Assembly: GCF_002113885.1 (NCBI RefSeq)
Contig: NW_018404550.1
Location: 1,686-65,685 of the forward strand
Direction of reading: 5' to 3'
DNA length: 64,000 nucleotides
Source: Mizuhopecten yessoensis
Taxonomy: Eukaryota
Shown: positions 13,420-24,317 of the stretch, piece by piece
How positions within the stretch are numbered: position 1 is the stretch's first letter
How the letters are laid out: each line of letters begins with the position of its first letter
Translations under genes and position numbers: made by a program
The notes under the pieces: generated by a model
The model's database searches: none
Told to the model about the DNA's origin: nothing
What the model saw: only the letters and a program-made list of their open reading frames with translations

Positions 13420-15276
13420 ATGAGTGACAGTGATGATGATGACAGCGACATCTACAAAGCTAAGACATTTGGTCAGTTAATAATAGAGCTGTTAAAGAAA
13501 GTCACAACTGTTCCTACTGACCTACGACAAGATCGTTACTGCCGGTACATTAATAGTATTCTGTCATTGTATGGAGAAGAACAATGTATTTTGGTTGGCA
13601 GTACCAAAGAACGAACCAGACTGCGGTCAAACCAGGATCAGGGTGACCATGATTATCTCATGATTTCAGAAATACTTATTAGTACAAAATACTTGCAGTA
13701 CAATGATAAAGTTCCATGTTATGTGAGAATTGATGGCACGAAATTACATGATGAACTTCCGGTTGAACTTATTGATGGGATATATCTCCCTGGTAACCTT
13801 CTCAGAACGGTCAGTAGTGAGGCGTTTACAGGACTTCGCGGATTGTTTTCCTTGGTGTCGTTGGTCAGCACATTCCAAGGCCAGCACACCCTTCATATCA
13901 ACATTGATGCGCCAAACAAACCCGGAGTCACTCTCACAAACTATACCGACTGGATGTGTGACGAGCTTCCGGTTAGACCAAAGTCACCCAATATTGATAC
14001 AGACAAAGTGTATGGACTATTCTATGAAAGGATAAGAAATTCGCCGTTTTTGATGCACACAAATACTAAAGTTATCCAAGTGCTGAGGAAGCTTGCACTT
14101 TTGGCGATAACCCTTAGCGACGATATCGGGGCTGGTGCACAGCTCTTTCAGTATTTGAGTCCTTTGGTCAATGCAGTAACAGACTGCATTAACAGTTCAA
14201 CAACAGCTTCGCACCATACCAGATCATCAACACTGAACACAACAAACGCAGAGGAGGAATTACGGTCAACAGAACATTCTGGTTGCGAGGAAGTGTTTTA
14301 TGCAAGTTACCGATGGAAATCACTGAAAAGATGCATTGCAGCATTCCCGTTGGACGGCCCACCCAAACACATGGACACATGGAAAGCACGAACGTGTGAC
14401 AAGGCGTGGCCAGGAGTCGACGTTGTGAGCAGTATATGCAAAAGTGATTTCTTCGTCGTTTGTAAACCATTAGCACAGGGAGCTTCTGATAAGACCGAGT
14501 TTTGCTTGTCATATGTCTCAGCAGAAATACAGCTCTCTGCTTGTATGTATCCAGTTCAAAGAAAATGCCTCCTCGTGATCAAAGCGTTTCAGAGCAGCAA
14601 ATTAGAGGAATATTCCGATAAACTTACCACCTTCCACTGGAAAACAGCGTTGTACTGGGTATCAGAAGGCACTGCCCTATCACAGATAGCTGATGACAGT
14701 GACGAGAATGTACTGAGTTTAGTGAGGAACGTGGTGGATTTTATGCTTACAAGTCTCCGTAAATCTAATCTGCAACATTACTTCAACCCCAGCAATATAA
14801 TCGGACATTTAGATGTTATGACCATAAGTAAAGTTGTAGATATACTCACCGAAGTTCTTGACGATCCCGTCGATACGTTGCGGGAATATTTCAGATATGA
14901 GGAAATAAATAGTAGTGTTAGAACTATAGAAGTCACTCGATCCCAAATGGAACAGCTGCAAAATTCTGTACATGCTGATACTGATCGATTCGTCATTGAC
15001 ATGATCGTTTCTGCTCTCGAACAATTTGTGAGAGAACCACCTCAGTCATCCGACGATGAACCACTATTCAAGAAGGCGGTGTTGAAGGTGGCTGAGGCGG
15101 TTTGTAGCGATTTGACGAAAGATTTAGTGGGAAAAGGGAGGCCACTCATGGTGCCCGTAGACAGAATCATGAAGACGTTTGAAACTTTTCTAACTGCACA
15201 AGAATCTAAAACGCAGGACACGATGTTTGCGTTATTCACTGTGTTCAGATTGTCTGGTTTACTCAAAGAACTCTAG
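13420..15276 (+). CDS. cGAS-like receptor / Mab-21-family nucleotidyltransferase paralog 1 (618 aa, probably catalytically impaired)
   Basis: ILVGSTKE...GDHDYL NTase motif. Mab-21 C-lobe motifs WP, FFVVCKP, FCLSYVSAE, KCLLVIK, TTFHWKTALYW, LQHYFNPSNI. Start set at the ATG after the splice acceptor. AATAAA at 15315-15320. Confidence 0.85.
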   Translation: MSDSDDDDSDIYKAKTFGQLIIELLKKVTTVPTDLRQDRYCRYINSILSLYGEEQCILVGSTKERTRLRSNQDQGDHDYLMISEILISTKYLQYNDKVPCYVRIDGTKLHDELPVELIDGIYLPGNLLRTVSSEAFTGLRGLFSLVSLVSTFQGQHTLHINIDAPNKPGVTLTNYTDWMCDELPVRPKSPNIDTDKVYGLFYERIRNSPFLMHTNTKVIQVLRKLALLAITLSDDIGAGAQLFQYLSPLVNAVTDCINSSTTASHHTRSSTLNTTNAEEELRSTEHSGCEEVFYASYRWKSLKRCIAAFPLDGPPKHMDTWKARTCDKAWPGVDVVSSICKSDFFVVCKPLAQGASDKTEFCLSYVSAEIQLSACMYPVQRKCLLVIKAFQSSKLEEYSDKLTTFHWKTALYWVSEGTALSQIADDSDENVLSLVRNVVDFMLTSLRKSNLQHYFNPSNIIGHLDVMTISKVVDILTEVLDDPVDTLREYFRYEEINSSVRTIEVTRSQMEQLQNSVHADTDRFVIDMIVSALEQFVREPPQSSDDEPLFKKAVLKVAEAVCSDLTKDLVGKGRPLMVPVDRIMKTFETFLTAQESKTQDTMFALFTVFRLSGLLKEL

Positions 15277-15769
15277 AAATTACATTGATTGTGTGTGAGG
15301 TGTATATTATATTAAATAAACATTGAGTGTATCAGATGTATTATTTCCTTATGTTTGTTATCACTGTCAAGTCTTTATTTTTGCTGTTCTACATTTTACT
15401 ATGTTTACTGACAGATTGGATAACACATGAGAAGTTAGTTCCGCGATAATCGACGTGTAGATTTGTAATGCTGATATTTTGGTATTTGTGGTATATAACA
15501 TTCGCAGTATGCTGCTATTAAACGCACATGATAAAGACGTCTAATTAAGTAACCAAGCAGTAGAAGCGTAACAAGAGTAACTGTGTATATGTTTCTCATA
15601 GATATAAACTAACAGATGGATCTTATGTAACGTTTATTAGCTAACGGAGGATGTAAACAGCACACATCAGTGTAAAATAGACAATACCTACTTGGACTTT
15701 ACTCAGGCGCGTCTTAGAACCAAAGTATGTCGGAATTTAAATACAATCTCTCTACCTTTAAATTGCACG

Positions 15770-17005
15770 TAGCTATTGAAATTCTACCCTCAGGTGTAGT
15801 TTGGTGGTCAAAGATTATATCCTCAAGTGTAGAGTTTGGAGGACAGAAACTCTGCCCTCGGTTGTTGGTTTTTGGGAGGGACAGACTCTCTAACCTCGGT
15901 TGTTGGTTTTGTGGTGGGACAAACGCTCTAACCTCGATTGTTGGTTTTGGGGTGGGACATACTCTCTAACCTCGGTTGTTGGTTTTGGGGAGGGGCAAAC
16001 GCTCTTACGTCGGTTGTTGGTTTTGGGGAGGGACAGAAGCTCTAACCTCGGGTGTTTGTTTTAGGGAGGGACAGAAACTCTTACGTCGGTTGTTGGTTTT
16101 GGGGAGGGACAGAAGCTATAACCTCGGGTGTTGGTTTTAGTGAGGGACAGACAGAAACTCTGCCCTCGGTTGTTGGTTTTGGGGAGGGACAAACGCTCTA
16201 ACGTCGGGTGTTGGTTTTGGGGAGGGACAGAAGCTCTAACCTCGGGTGTTGGTTTTAGTGAGGGACAGAAACTCTGCCCTCGGTTGTTGGTTTTGGGGAG
16301 GGACAAACGATCTAACCTCGGTTGTTGGTTTTTGGGAGGGACAAACGCTCTAACCTAGGTTGTTGGCTTTGAGGAGGGACATACTCTCTAACCTCGTTTG
16401 TTGGTTTTGGGGAGGGACTGAAGCTCTAACCTCGGTTGTTGGTTTTGGGGAGGGACAAACGCTCTAACGTCGGTTGTTGGTTTTTGGGAGGGACAGAAGC
16501 TCTAACTTCGGGTGTTTGTTTTAGGGAGGGACAGAAACTCTGCCCTCGGTTGTTGGTTTTTGGGAGGGACAGACGCTCTAACCTCGGTTGTTGGTTTTGT
16601 GGTGGGACAAACGCTCTTACCTCGATTGTTGGTTTTGGGGAGGGACAGAAGCTCTAACCTAGGTTGTTGGCTTTGAGGAGGGACATACTCTCTAACCTTG
16701 TTTGTTGGTTTTGGGGTGGGACATACTCTCTAACCTCGGTTGTTGGTTTTGGAGAGGGACTGAAGCTCTAACTTCTGTTGTTGGTTTTGGGGAGGGACAA
16801 ACACTCTAACCTCGGGTGTTTGTTTTAGGGAGGGACAGAAACTCTGCCCTCGGTTGTTGGTTTTGGGGAGGGACAGAAGCTCTAACGTCGGGTGTTGGTT
16901 TTGGGGAGGGACAGAAGCTCTAACCTCGGATGTTTGTTTTAGGGAGGGACAGAAACTCTGCCCTCGGTTGTTGGTTTTGGGGAGGGACAGTAACTCTTAC
17001 CTCGG
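15770..17005. repeat. G/T-rich ~39-40-bp satellite, left block
   Basis: GGTTGTTGGTTTTGGGGAGGGACAGAAGCTCTAACCTC units with a degenerate left edge. Confidence 0.93.
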
Positions 17006-18377
17006 ACACCAAAGGAGCTAATGACTTTTATGTAATACTTTCTGAAAATAAGATAATGCCAACTGGTAGGAAGAAATGGGTAGAAATATTTGACATTAGG
17101 GACAACAAATGGGAGAAAATATATCAAATTCCATTTCGCACAACTACTAATACAAAACTCCAGTGGCTCCAAGTAAGAATTCTCCATCATATTTTGACAA
17201 CAAATATATATCTATGCAAAGCCGGTCTCTCTAATAATCCTTTATGTGTTTTTTGTAATCTAGATAGGGAAACAATAATTCATACATTATGGGAGTGTGC
17301 CATTGTACAAAATTTCCTATACAGTTTTGAAACATTACTAGAAGCTTTAATTATCCCATTTTCTTTTAATAAGGAATCCTTCCTTTTTGGAATAGTGTCA
17401 CAGTCAGGAATAGGCAACAGACTAGATAATGAAATTTTGATTATGATCAAACACTATATTTATAAAACAAGATGCCTTCAAAACAATTTGTCAGTAAATG
17501 CTTTAATTAACAGCATAAAAGACCATTATTCTGTACAAAAATATATAGCATGTTGCAAGGGGGATAATTTTGTAACAAAACTGGAAAGAGAATGGAAAAA
17601 ATGGAACCACCTCCTGGAATTATAAGCCAAAATTAAATAATTTAATATCATCAAGTCAGCAGATACAATACATCTCCTCCCACAGTATAGTTCTCTTTTT
17701 ATATTTTGAAAATACACTGATGCACATACATGTAGCCAGCACACACTAAGTTTTAAGGACTTTTTTTTGCAGTTATGTCCCTTTTACCATACCTGTATTG
17801 AATCTTGCCTGAACTCTAAATATATTTTTTTTGTCCCTTTTTTTTGGAATCTAAGTTGATGTTTCTGTCTGAACTTATTAAAGTTAATTTCTTTTATGAT
17901 ATAAATATATTTTGTCCTGAGTATTACCCTCATTTCTCAGTCACCTTTATATGGATGTATTTACTTGCAGTTTAAAGCCGAAAGCACCTTACTTACAATT
18001 AATACAGAAGATTATCTTATAATCTTATTCTAAACATAAAGTTTGTTTATTATTGAGCTGCAGTGCAAAAACTAGTTTCTCCTTTTTCTTTCTCTTTCTG
18101 TTGACTTTTTCCGTTTTCATTGCTATTTTTTTTCCTTCTTCTTTTCTATTCTCTCTCTCTCTCTGTTCTCATAAAGGCAATATATGTGTACATGGGTACC
18201 ATTACATGTACTTGTGTCTAAATATATCAACTGATGTAAGTAAGAGTGAATATGAGTCGTGTGAGGTCTGAATATATAATATGAATTGTTTGAATGTAAA
18301 TATACCATATATTGCAAAAAAATCTTGAATAAAAAGAAAATTACAAAAAAACAAAAAAAACCCAAAAAAAACAACCC
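17006..18377 (+). mobile_element. 5'-truncated L1/Tx1-type LINE with A-rich tail and 14-bp TSD, inserted in the satellite
   Basis: ORF2 C-terminus with zf-RVT-like CVFC...ETIIHTLWEC, stop at 17625. A-rich tail ~18315-18375. AACTCTTACCTCGG at both 16992-17005 and 18378-18391. Confidence 0.88.
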
Positions 18378-20620
18378 AACTCTTACCTCGGGTGTTGGTT
18401 TTGGGGAGGGACAGAAGCTCTAACCTCGGGTGTTTGTTTTAGGGAGGGACAGAAACTCTGCCCTCGGGTGCTGGTTTTGGGGAGGGACTGAAGCTCTTAC
18501 CTCGGGTGTTGAAGTTACGGGTTAGTGGCTATACCCATGGATGTAAAGTCAAGGAGTCAGAAACTCAACTTATGGTGTCAAGTTTTTGACATGAGCAGAC
18601 GCTTCACCTTCGGGTGTAAGGTATAATGGGTCAGAGGAGGTTCTACCCGCAGATATAGAGTATGGGGTCAGAAGATATATCCTTAGGTGTTGAGGTTATG
18701 TGAGAAAGAGAATTTCTATCCCCTGGTATTATGAAAGAGGATCGGATGGTCTACCTCCGGTGTAGAGTTTGGAGTAGGAAACTTTACTGAAGAGGTTTAG
18801 GTAACAATTTCTACCCTTGTGTGCAACGTTTGAGTGTCAGAAACTCTACCTCGGGTGTTGAGGGTCTATGAGAGGTAGAAACTCTACCCTCGATTGATGA
18901 GGGTCGGGGAGGAATAGAATTTCTGCCATCGGGTGTTGAGGTTCGGGGGAGCGACTTAATCTCTAACTTTGGGTGTTGTGGTTCGGGGGGTGTAAGCATC
19001 TTCTTACCATCGGATGTTGAGGTTCGGGGAAGTGACAGAATTTCTACCCTGGGTTGTTTAGGTTTGGAGAGTGACAGAATTTCTACCCTGGGTTGTTTAG
19101 GTTTGGGGAGTGACAGAATCTCTATTCTGGGTTGTTGAGGTCGGGGGTGACAGAATCTCTTCCCTGGAGTGTTGAGGTCGGGGAGTGACATAATCTCTAC
19201 CCTGGGTTGTTTAGGTTTGGAGAGTGACAGAATTTCTACCCTGGGTTGTTCAGGTTTGGGGAGTGACATAATCTCTATTCTCGGTTGTTGAGGTCGGAGG
19301 TGACAGAATCTCTTCCCTGGGTTGTTTAGGTTTGGGGAGTGACAGAATCTCTATTCTTGGTTGTTGAGGTCGGAGGTGACAGAATCTCTTCTCTGGGTTG
19401 TTTAGGTTTGGGGAGTGACAGAATCTCTATTCTGGGTTGTTGAGGTGGGGGGTGACATAATCTCTTCCCTTGAGTGTTGAGGTAGGGGAGTGACATAATT
19501 TCTACCCTGTGTTGTTCAGGTTTGGGGAGTGACAGAATCTCTATTCTGGGTTGTTGAGGTGGGGGGTGACATAATCTCTTCCCTGGAGTGTTGAGGGCGG
19601 GGAGTGACATAATCTCTACCCTGGGTTGTTAAAGTTTGGGGGTGACATTATCTCCTCCCTGGAGTGTTAAGGTTGGGGAGTAACATAATCTCCTACTTCT
19701 GGTGTTAAGGTTCGGGGAGTGTAAAAAACTCTACTTCGGATGTTGAGGTTCGGGGAATTACAGAATATCTACCCTGGGGTCTATGAGAGGTAGAAACTCT
19801 ACCCTCGATTGATGAGGGTCGGGGAGGAATAGAATTTCTGCCATCGGGTGTTGAGGTTCGGGGGAGCGACTTAATCTCTAACTTTGGGTGTTGTGGTTCG
19901 GGGGGTGTAAGAATCTTCTTACCATCGGATGTTGAGGTTCGGGGAAGTGACATAATTTCTACCCTGGGTTGTTTAGGTTTGGGGAGTGACAGAATTTCTA
20001 CCCTGGGTTGTTTAGGTTTGGGGAGTGACAGAATTTCTACCCTGGGTTGTTTAGGTTTGGGGAGTGACAGAATCTCTATCCTGGGTTGTTGAGGTCGGAG
20101 TGACATAATCTCTACCCTGGGTTGTTCAGGTTTGGGGAGTGACATAATCTCTACCCTGGGTTGTTGAGGTCGGGGAGTGACATAATCTCTACCCTGGGTT
20201 GTTAAAGTTTGGGGGGGGGGGACATTATCTCTTCCCTGGAGTGTGGAGGTCGGAGAGTAACATAATCTCCTACTTCTGGTGTTAAGGTTCGGGGAGTGTA
20301 AAAAACTCTACTTCGGATGTCTACCCTGGGGTGTTGAGGTTTGAAAGAGTGACAGAACCTCTACCCTGGGATGTTGAGGTTTGAGAGAGTGTCAGAACCT
20401 CTACCCTGGGGCGTTGAGGTTTGAGAGAGTGTCAGAACCTCTACCCTGGGGCGTTGAGGTTTGAGAGAGTGTCAGAACCTCTACCCTGGGATGTTGAGGT
20501 TTGAAAGAGTGACAGAACCTCTACCCTGGGATGTTGAGGTTTGAGAGAGTGTCAGAACCTCTACCCTGGGGTGTTGATGTTGGTGGAGTGACATAATCTC
20601 TACCTTCGGGTGTAGGTATT
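18378..20620. repeat. G/T-rich ~37-39-bp satellite, right block, with sub-variants and an internal block duplication
   Basis: GGGTTGTTTAGGTTTGGGGAGTGACAGAATTTCTACCCT-type units. ~18862-19100 recurs at ~19778-20010. Confidence 0.9.
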
Positions 20621-20989
20621 GGGTTAAGTAGCTCTTACGTGTGTTGTACAGTAGGGGCAGCGGTGTGCTGGTTTAGAAACTATACTCGCTCGTGTAGGGT
20701 ATTTGGGTGAGACAAGGCATTTCGGAATCATACGCTCTATCCTCGGATGAAAAGTTCGAGTATTTACACTCGGGTTTACATACTCTCGTATGAAGAGAAA
20801 GAGGTTGAAAACCTGGAACCTTGCATAAAAGGTAAGTTGGTCAGAGACTCTTGTAGGTCTTTTGGGGTCAGAACCTTCAAGTTCAAGTTTCAAGTTTTTT
20901 ATTTCCGAATGCAAATCAGCATATAGGTTAATTGATACATAGAATACAAAACATATTTCAAATTTTCAAGATGGCGGAGGACAATTCCA

Positions 20990-22030
20990 TATAAGCAATT
21001 ATCACATAAAAAGAATACATAATTTAGCAATATTACTGCACGAGGGTTTTTCTTTTGGCGGTAGCATATTTTAAATATAGACCCAATCTACGTAATGTTT
21101 TAATACTTTTACATGACAATAATTCAATTAATTTATACACACTGGGGGATCGGAAGTAATATTGCTTAATGTATGTGTTTCTCAATACAGAGTAAGCAGG
21201 ACAAATAAGAATAAAATGTATCTCATCTTCTAAATCATTTTTGTCACAGGCAAAACATAATCTTTGACCTCTCGGAACCCCATTATAACGTCCAGATTCG
21301 ATATTAAGGGAATGCGCCTGCATGCGATATTGACTCAACATGTTTTTGGTATTAAATGTTAAAGGCTTAACTAAATGGAATTGCATATTAAAAGTATCGA
21401 CAAGATGTCTATATAAATAACATTTAGAAGATGTTTCAAACGCACCACGTAATTCCTGAATAAATTTCCACAAATTGTTTTTCATTTTGAACATATTGAA
21501 CATCCCAAAATTGATTAAAACCCATTCTATATGAATTATTTTTAATATGATAAACCCAGTTAAGTTTACAATTCGGCTTTTTGACATTAAGCTCAAGTAG
21601 TGCATCATAGCATGCTTTTAGTACACAGTTATTTGTATTCAAAATATTTATCCAGTATTTAATTATAGCTACTTTGCGCTTTATATGTAAGGAATAACTT
21701 CCTGTCTCAAAGTAAACCATAGAACTATTGACGGTTTTCTTGACGTTTAATAAATCTTTAAGAAAGAGAAGATGGACTTTTTCGATTTGTGGCGATAAAC
21801 AATTACCACATAACTCACATCCATAGTTCAGTATGCATGTCACATATGTATCAAAGATAATTTAGTTTCAGTATTAAGGATAAAATCTTTCATTCTTCTT
21901 TTTAAAAGGTAAAAAGCTTTCCTGCCTTGAAATGCCAACGTGTTTTGTCCTACGGTGAATCTTCCATTATAATAAAAAACTAATCCTAGATAACAAAATT
22001 TGTCCACTATCTCAATATCTCAACCTTAGA
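20990..22030 (-). mobile_element. Degraded non-LTR retrotransposon 3' fragment (RT thumb plus C-terminal Cys/His motif)
   Basis: Frameshifted minus-strand pieces EIVDKFCYLG, ILNYGCE..G, and YRMQAHSLNIESGRY...RLCFAC...EDEIHFILICPAY. Confidence 0.85.
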
Positions 22031-22707
22031 AAGCAATGTTCTGAATCCAGTGTAGTCGTGAGTAAAACGTTCCATTTCCATTATTCTTACATATGCTATA
22101 TTTTATTGCAAATTCCGGTATATTTACAGGTATCACGAATAGGAAAAACCTAATTCTGTGCATTATTCCGCACTTACATATCATAGTCATATGGTATATA
22201 CTAAAGCGAAAATAATTGACCATTTGCGGAATATTTCCAATTACTAGTTTCGGTTTATATTTTAAAAGTCGGACTCCACTCAATCTATAATTAGTGGAGT
22301 ATATAAATAGTTTGTCTACAAAATGTATGTACACGTAGGCAAAGTTCTGGTCTGATAAACATACAGACTAGGGGTACTGCAAGGGTACCTTATGTTTATA
22401 TTAAACCTAGAGAACAGCTGTGTAAATCCGTTGGAACATACGATACACGTCAATGCAAACACGTTATACAAACGTCAATAACGTTAAGGTTACGAAATCA
22501 AAGGTTGCTTCAGCAATTTCAATCGATAGTAGAACTTGGTAATTCCATCATGTCGTTTGGAGGCCGAAACTACGTCGTTGCTATTTATAGACTAAGTGGA
22601 AATCCCAAACACTTGGAACTAACCGCCCGACAAACCCAGGCGGTGCCATTTTGGTCTCAAGAGGTGGACGTTTTCGCAGCAGATCAACGGATCCGGAGGC
22701 GCCATTG

Positions 22708-24311
22708 GTAAGCACAATATCGACTCGTTTTTCTTTAACTTGATTGCTGATATTGCAGTATCATGTTTTATATACAATGACAAACATCGATTCTTTAATA
22801 AACACGTCATTGCTACTGTACTGTGTTTACCACGACCATGTTATTATAATACACGTAACAAGCCATGGCTGTTCTTTTATACCAGACTTATATTTAAACT
22901 TTTAACAAAATGGTTTTGAAGGAAAAATTACTTTTAAATTATCGATTTAACGTGATACAATGAATCTGATCATCTATGTTGCAAAGGACATGCTTTCCTT
23001 TGCTCGTAAAGCAAAGTCGTATTGAACGGAACATAGATTACCATGTGTGGGTAGATCAGAACATAGATTACCATGTGTGGGTAGATCAGAACATAGATTA
23101 CCATGTGTAGGTAGATCAGAACATAGATTACCATGTGTAGGTAGATCAGAACAATTATGTGTATTTGTGTTTTACCTGTCCTATCTCAGATTGGTAACAT
23201 AAAGTGACGTGTCATTGTATCCAGCTTAAAAGTGAAAGGAGAACATTAACATTTATTCACTGATATTTATCGTTGATTTTCCGCGGCCAATTGCATATAT
23301 ATGTATATGTATATCAAAAATTTGTGTGATAGTAAATCAACAGAAAGGGGAAAAAAGATCCTTAGTAGCTACCTCGCCCTTTCACCTCTTCAGAAGTTGA
23401 TCAGGGCTATCAGATAAAAGTGCCAGGGAGCTACTGATACTATTTGTTCTCTTCATTTATCTATTACGTCATAAGTAACTGACAATACAACGAACAGTAA
23501 TGAATAAAGCAAGGAAAAAATTCTGCTATACAATTAAAAAAACGTCATACAAAAAAATAGATTAAAAACTATAAGACTAAATACTGTATGAGTAATATGC
23601 AGTGTTTAGACGATATTTGATAAATTTGTACCTGATAAAAGTCAAATTACCCTTCATATCGTACCAGAAAGCTGACGTATATAATGAGTTAACACATAAA
23701 ACTGAATCCCTTTCTGTGTGTTAAGACGACGATACAAGTGTATTCAGTTCCTTATTCAGAACGATTCTCGGCCTATTTGACTTTATAAGCATTCGTCTTT
23801 GCTGTTGTCTTGATTGCCTGTTACGTCATGGTCATTCATTTTGTGGTCATCGCTCGCTTTGAAATGGTCAACCATTGTCCGATAGTGACACGTGACCGTG
23901 AAGAATGTCGTTCCAGTTCACTACATTTCATAAGTTAAAAAGTTCTAACAACACTATACGGCCACCGGACCTCAACGTTAGTTGAACGGGTATCACTTAT
24001 ATTGATACATTTGCAGAAAAAATAATCCCGAATCCCCACTAGTAGACAATATAAGACAGTAAAACAAATATCAGCTTATATCTGGAGCTTTGTTATATCA
24101 AATTTCATTGTCGGCATTTCTTCTCTCTATATATAAGCAGTATCTATATAACGTGTTATATTATAATGTTATACTAGGTATTTATTTGTTGGTGCCATGT
24201 ATTGTGATTATTGTAATCGATATTTAAAGCCAAATGATTAGAATTTATTATTTTGCAATGTTTACAATATTGCAGTAACACGTAAGTAAAAAGCCTTTTT
24301 ATATATTTTAG
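22708..24311 (+). other. Predicted 5'-UTR intron of cGLR-like gene 2
   Basis: TTG|GTAAGC donor at 22708 after a GC-richer stretch. TTTTAG acceptor ends at 24311, 6 nt before the ATG. The acceptor is more certain than the donor. Confidence 0.45.
23029..23152. repeat. 30-bp tandem repeat x4
   Basis: GAACATAGATTACCATGTGT(G/A)GGTAGATCA. Confidence 0.92.
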
Positions 24312-24317
24312 ATAAGT

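Noticed and set aside
16930-17625. 231-aa host gene
   Set aside because: Chance fusion of satellite sequence to a truncated LINE ORF2 end.
18811-20145. Pro-rich repeat ORFs (PKPKQPRVEILSL)
   Set aside because: Translations of the satellite; frames break whenever the unit length changes.
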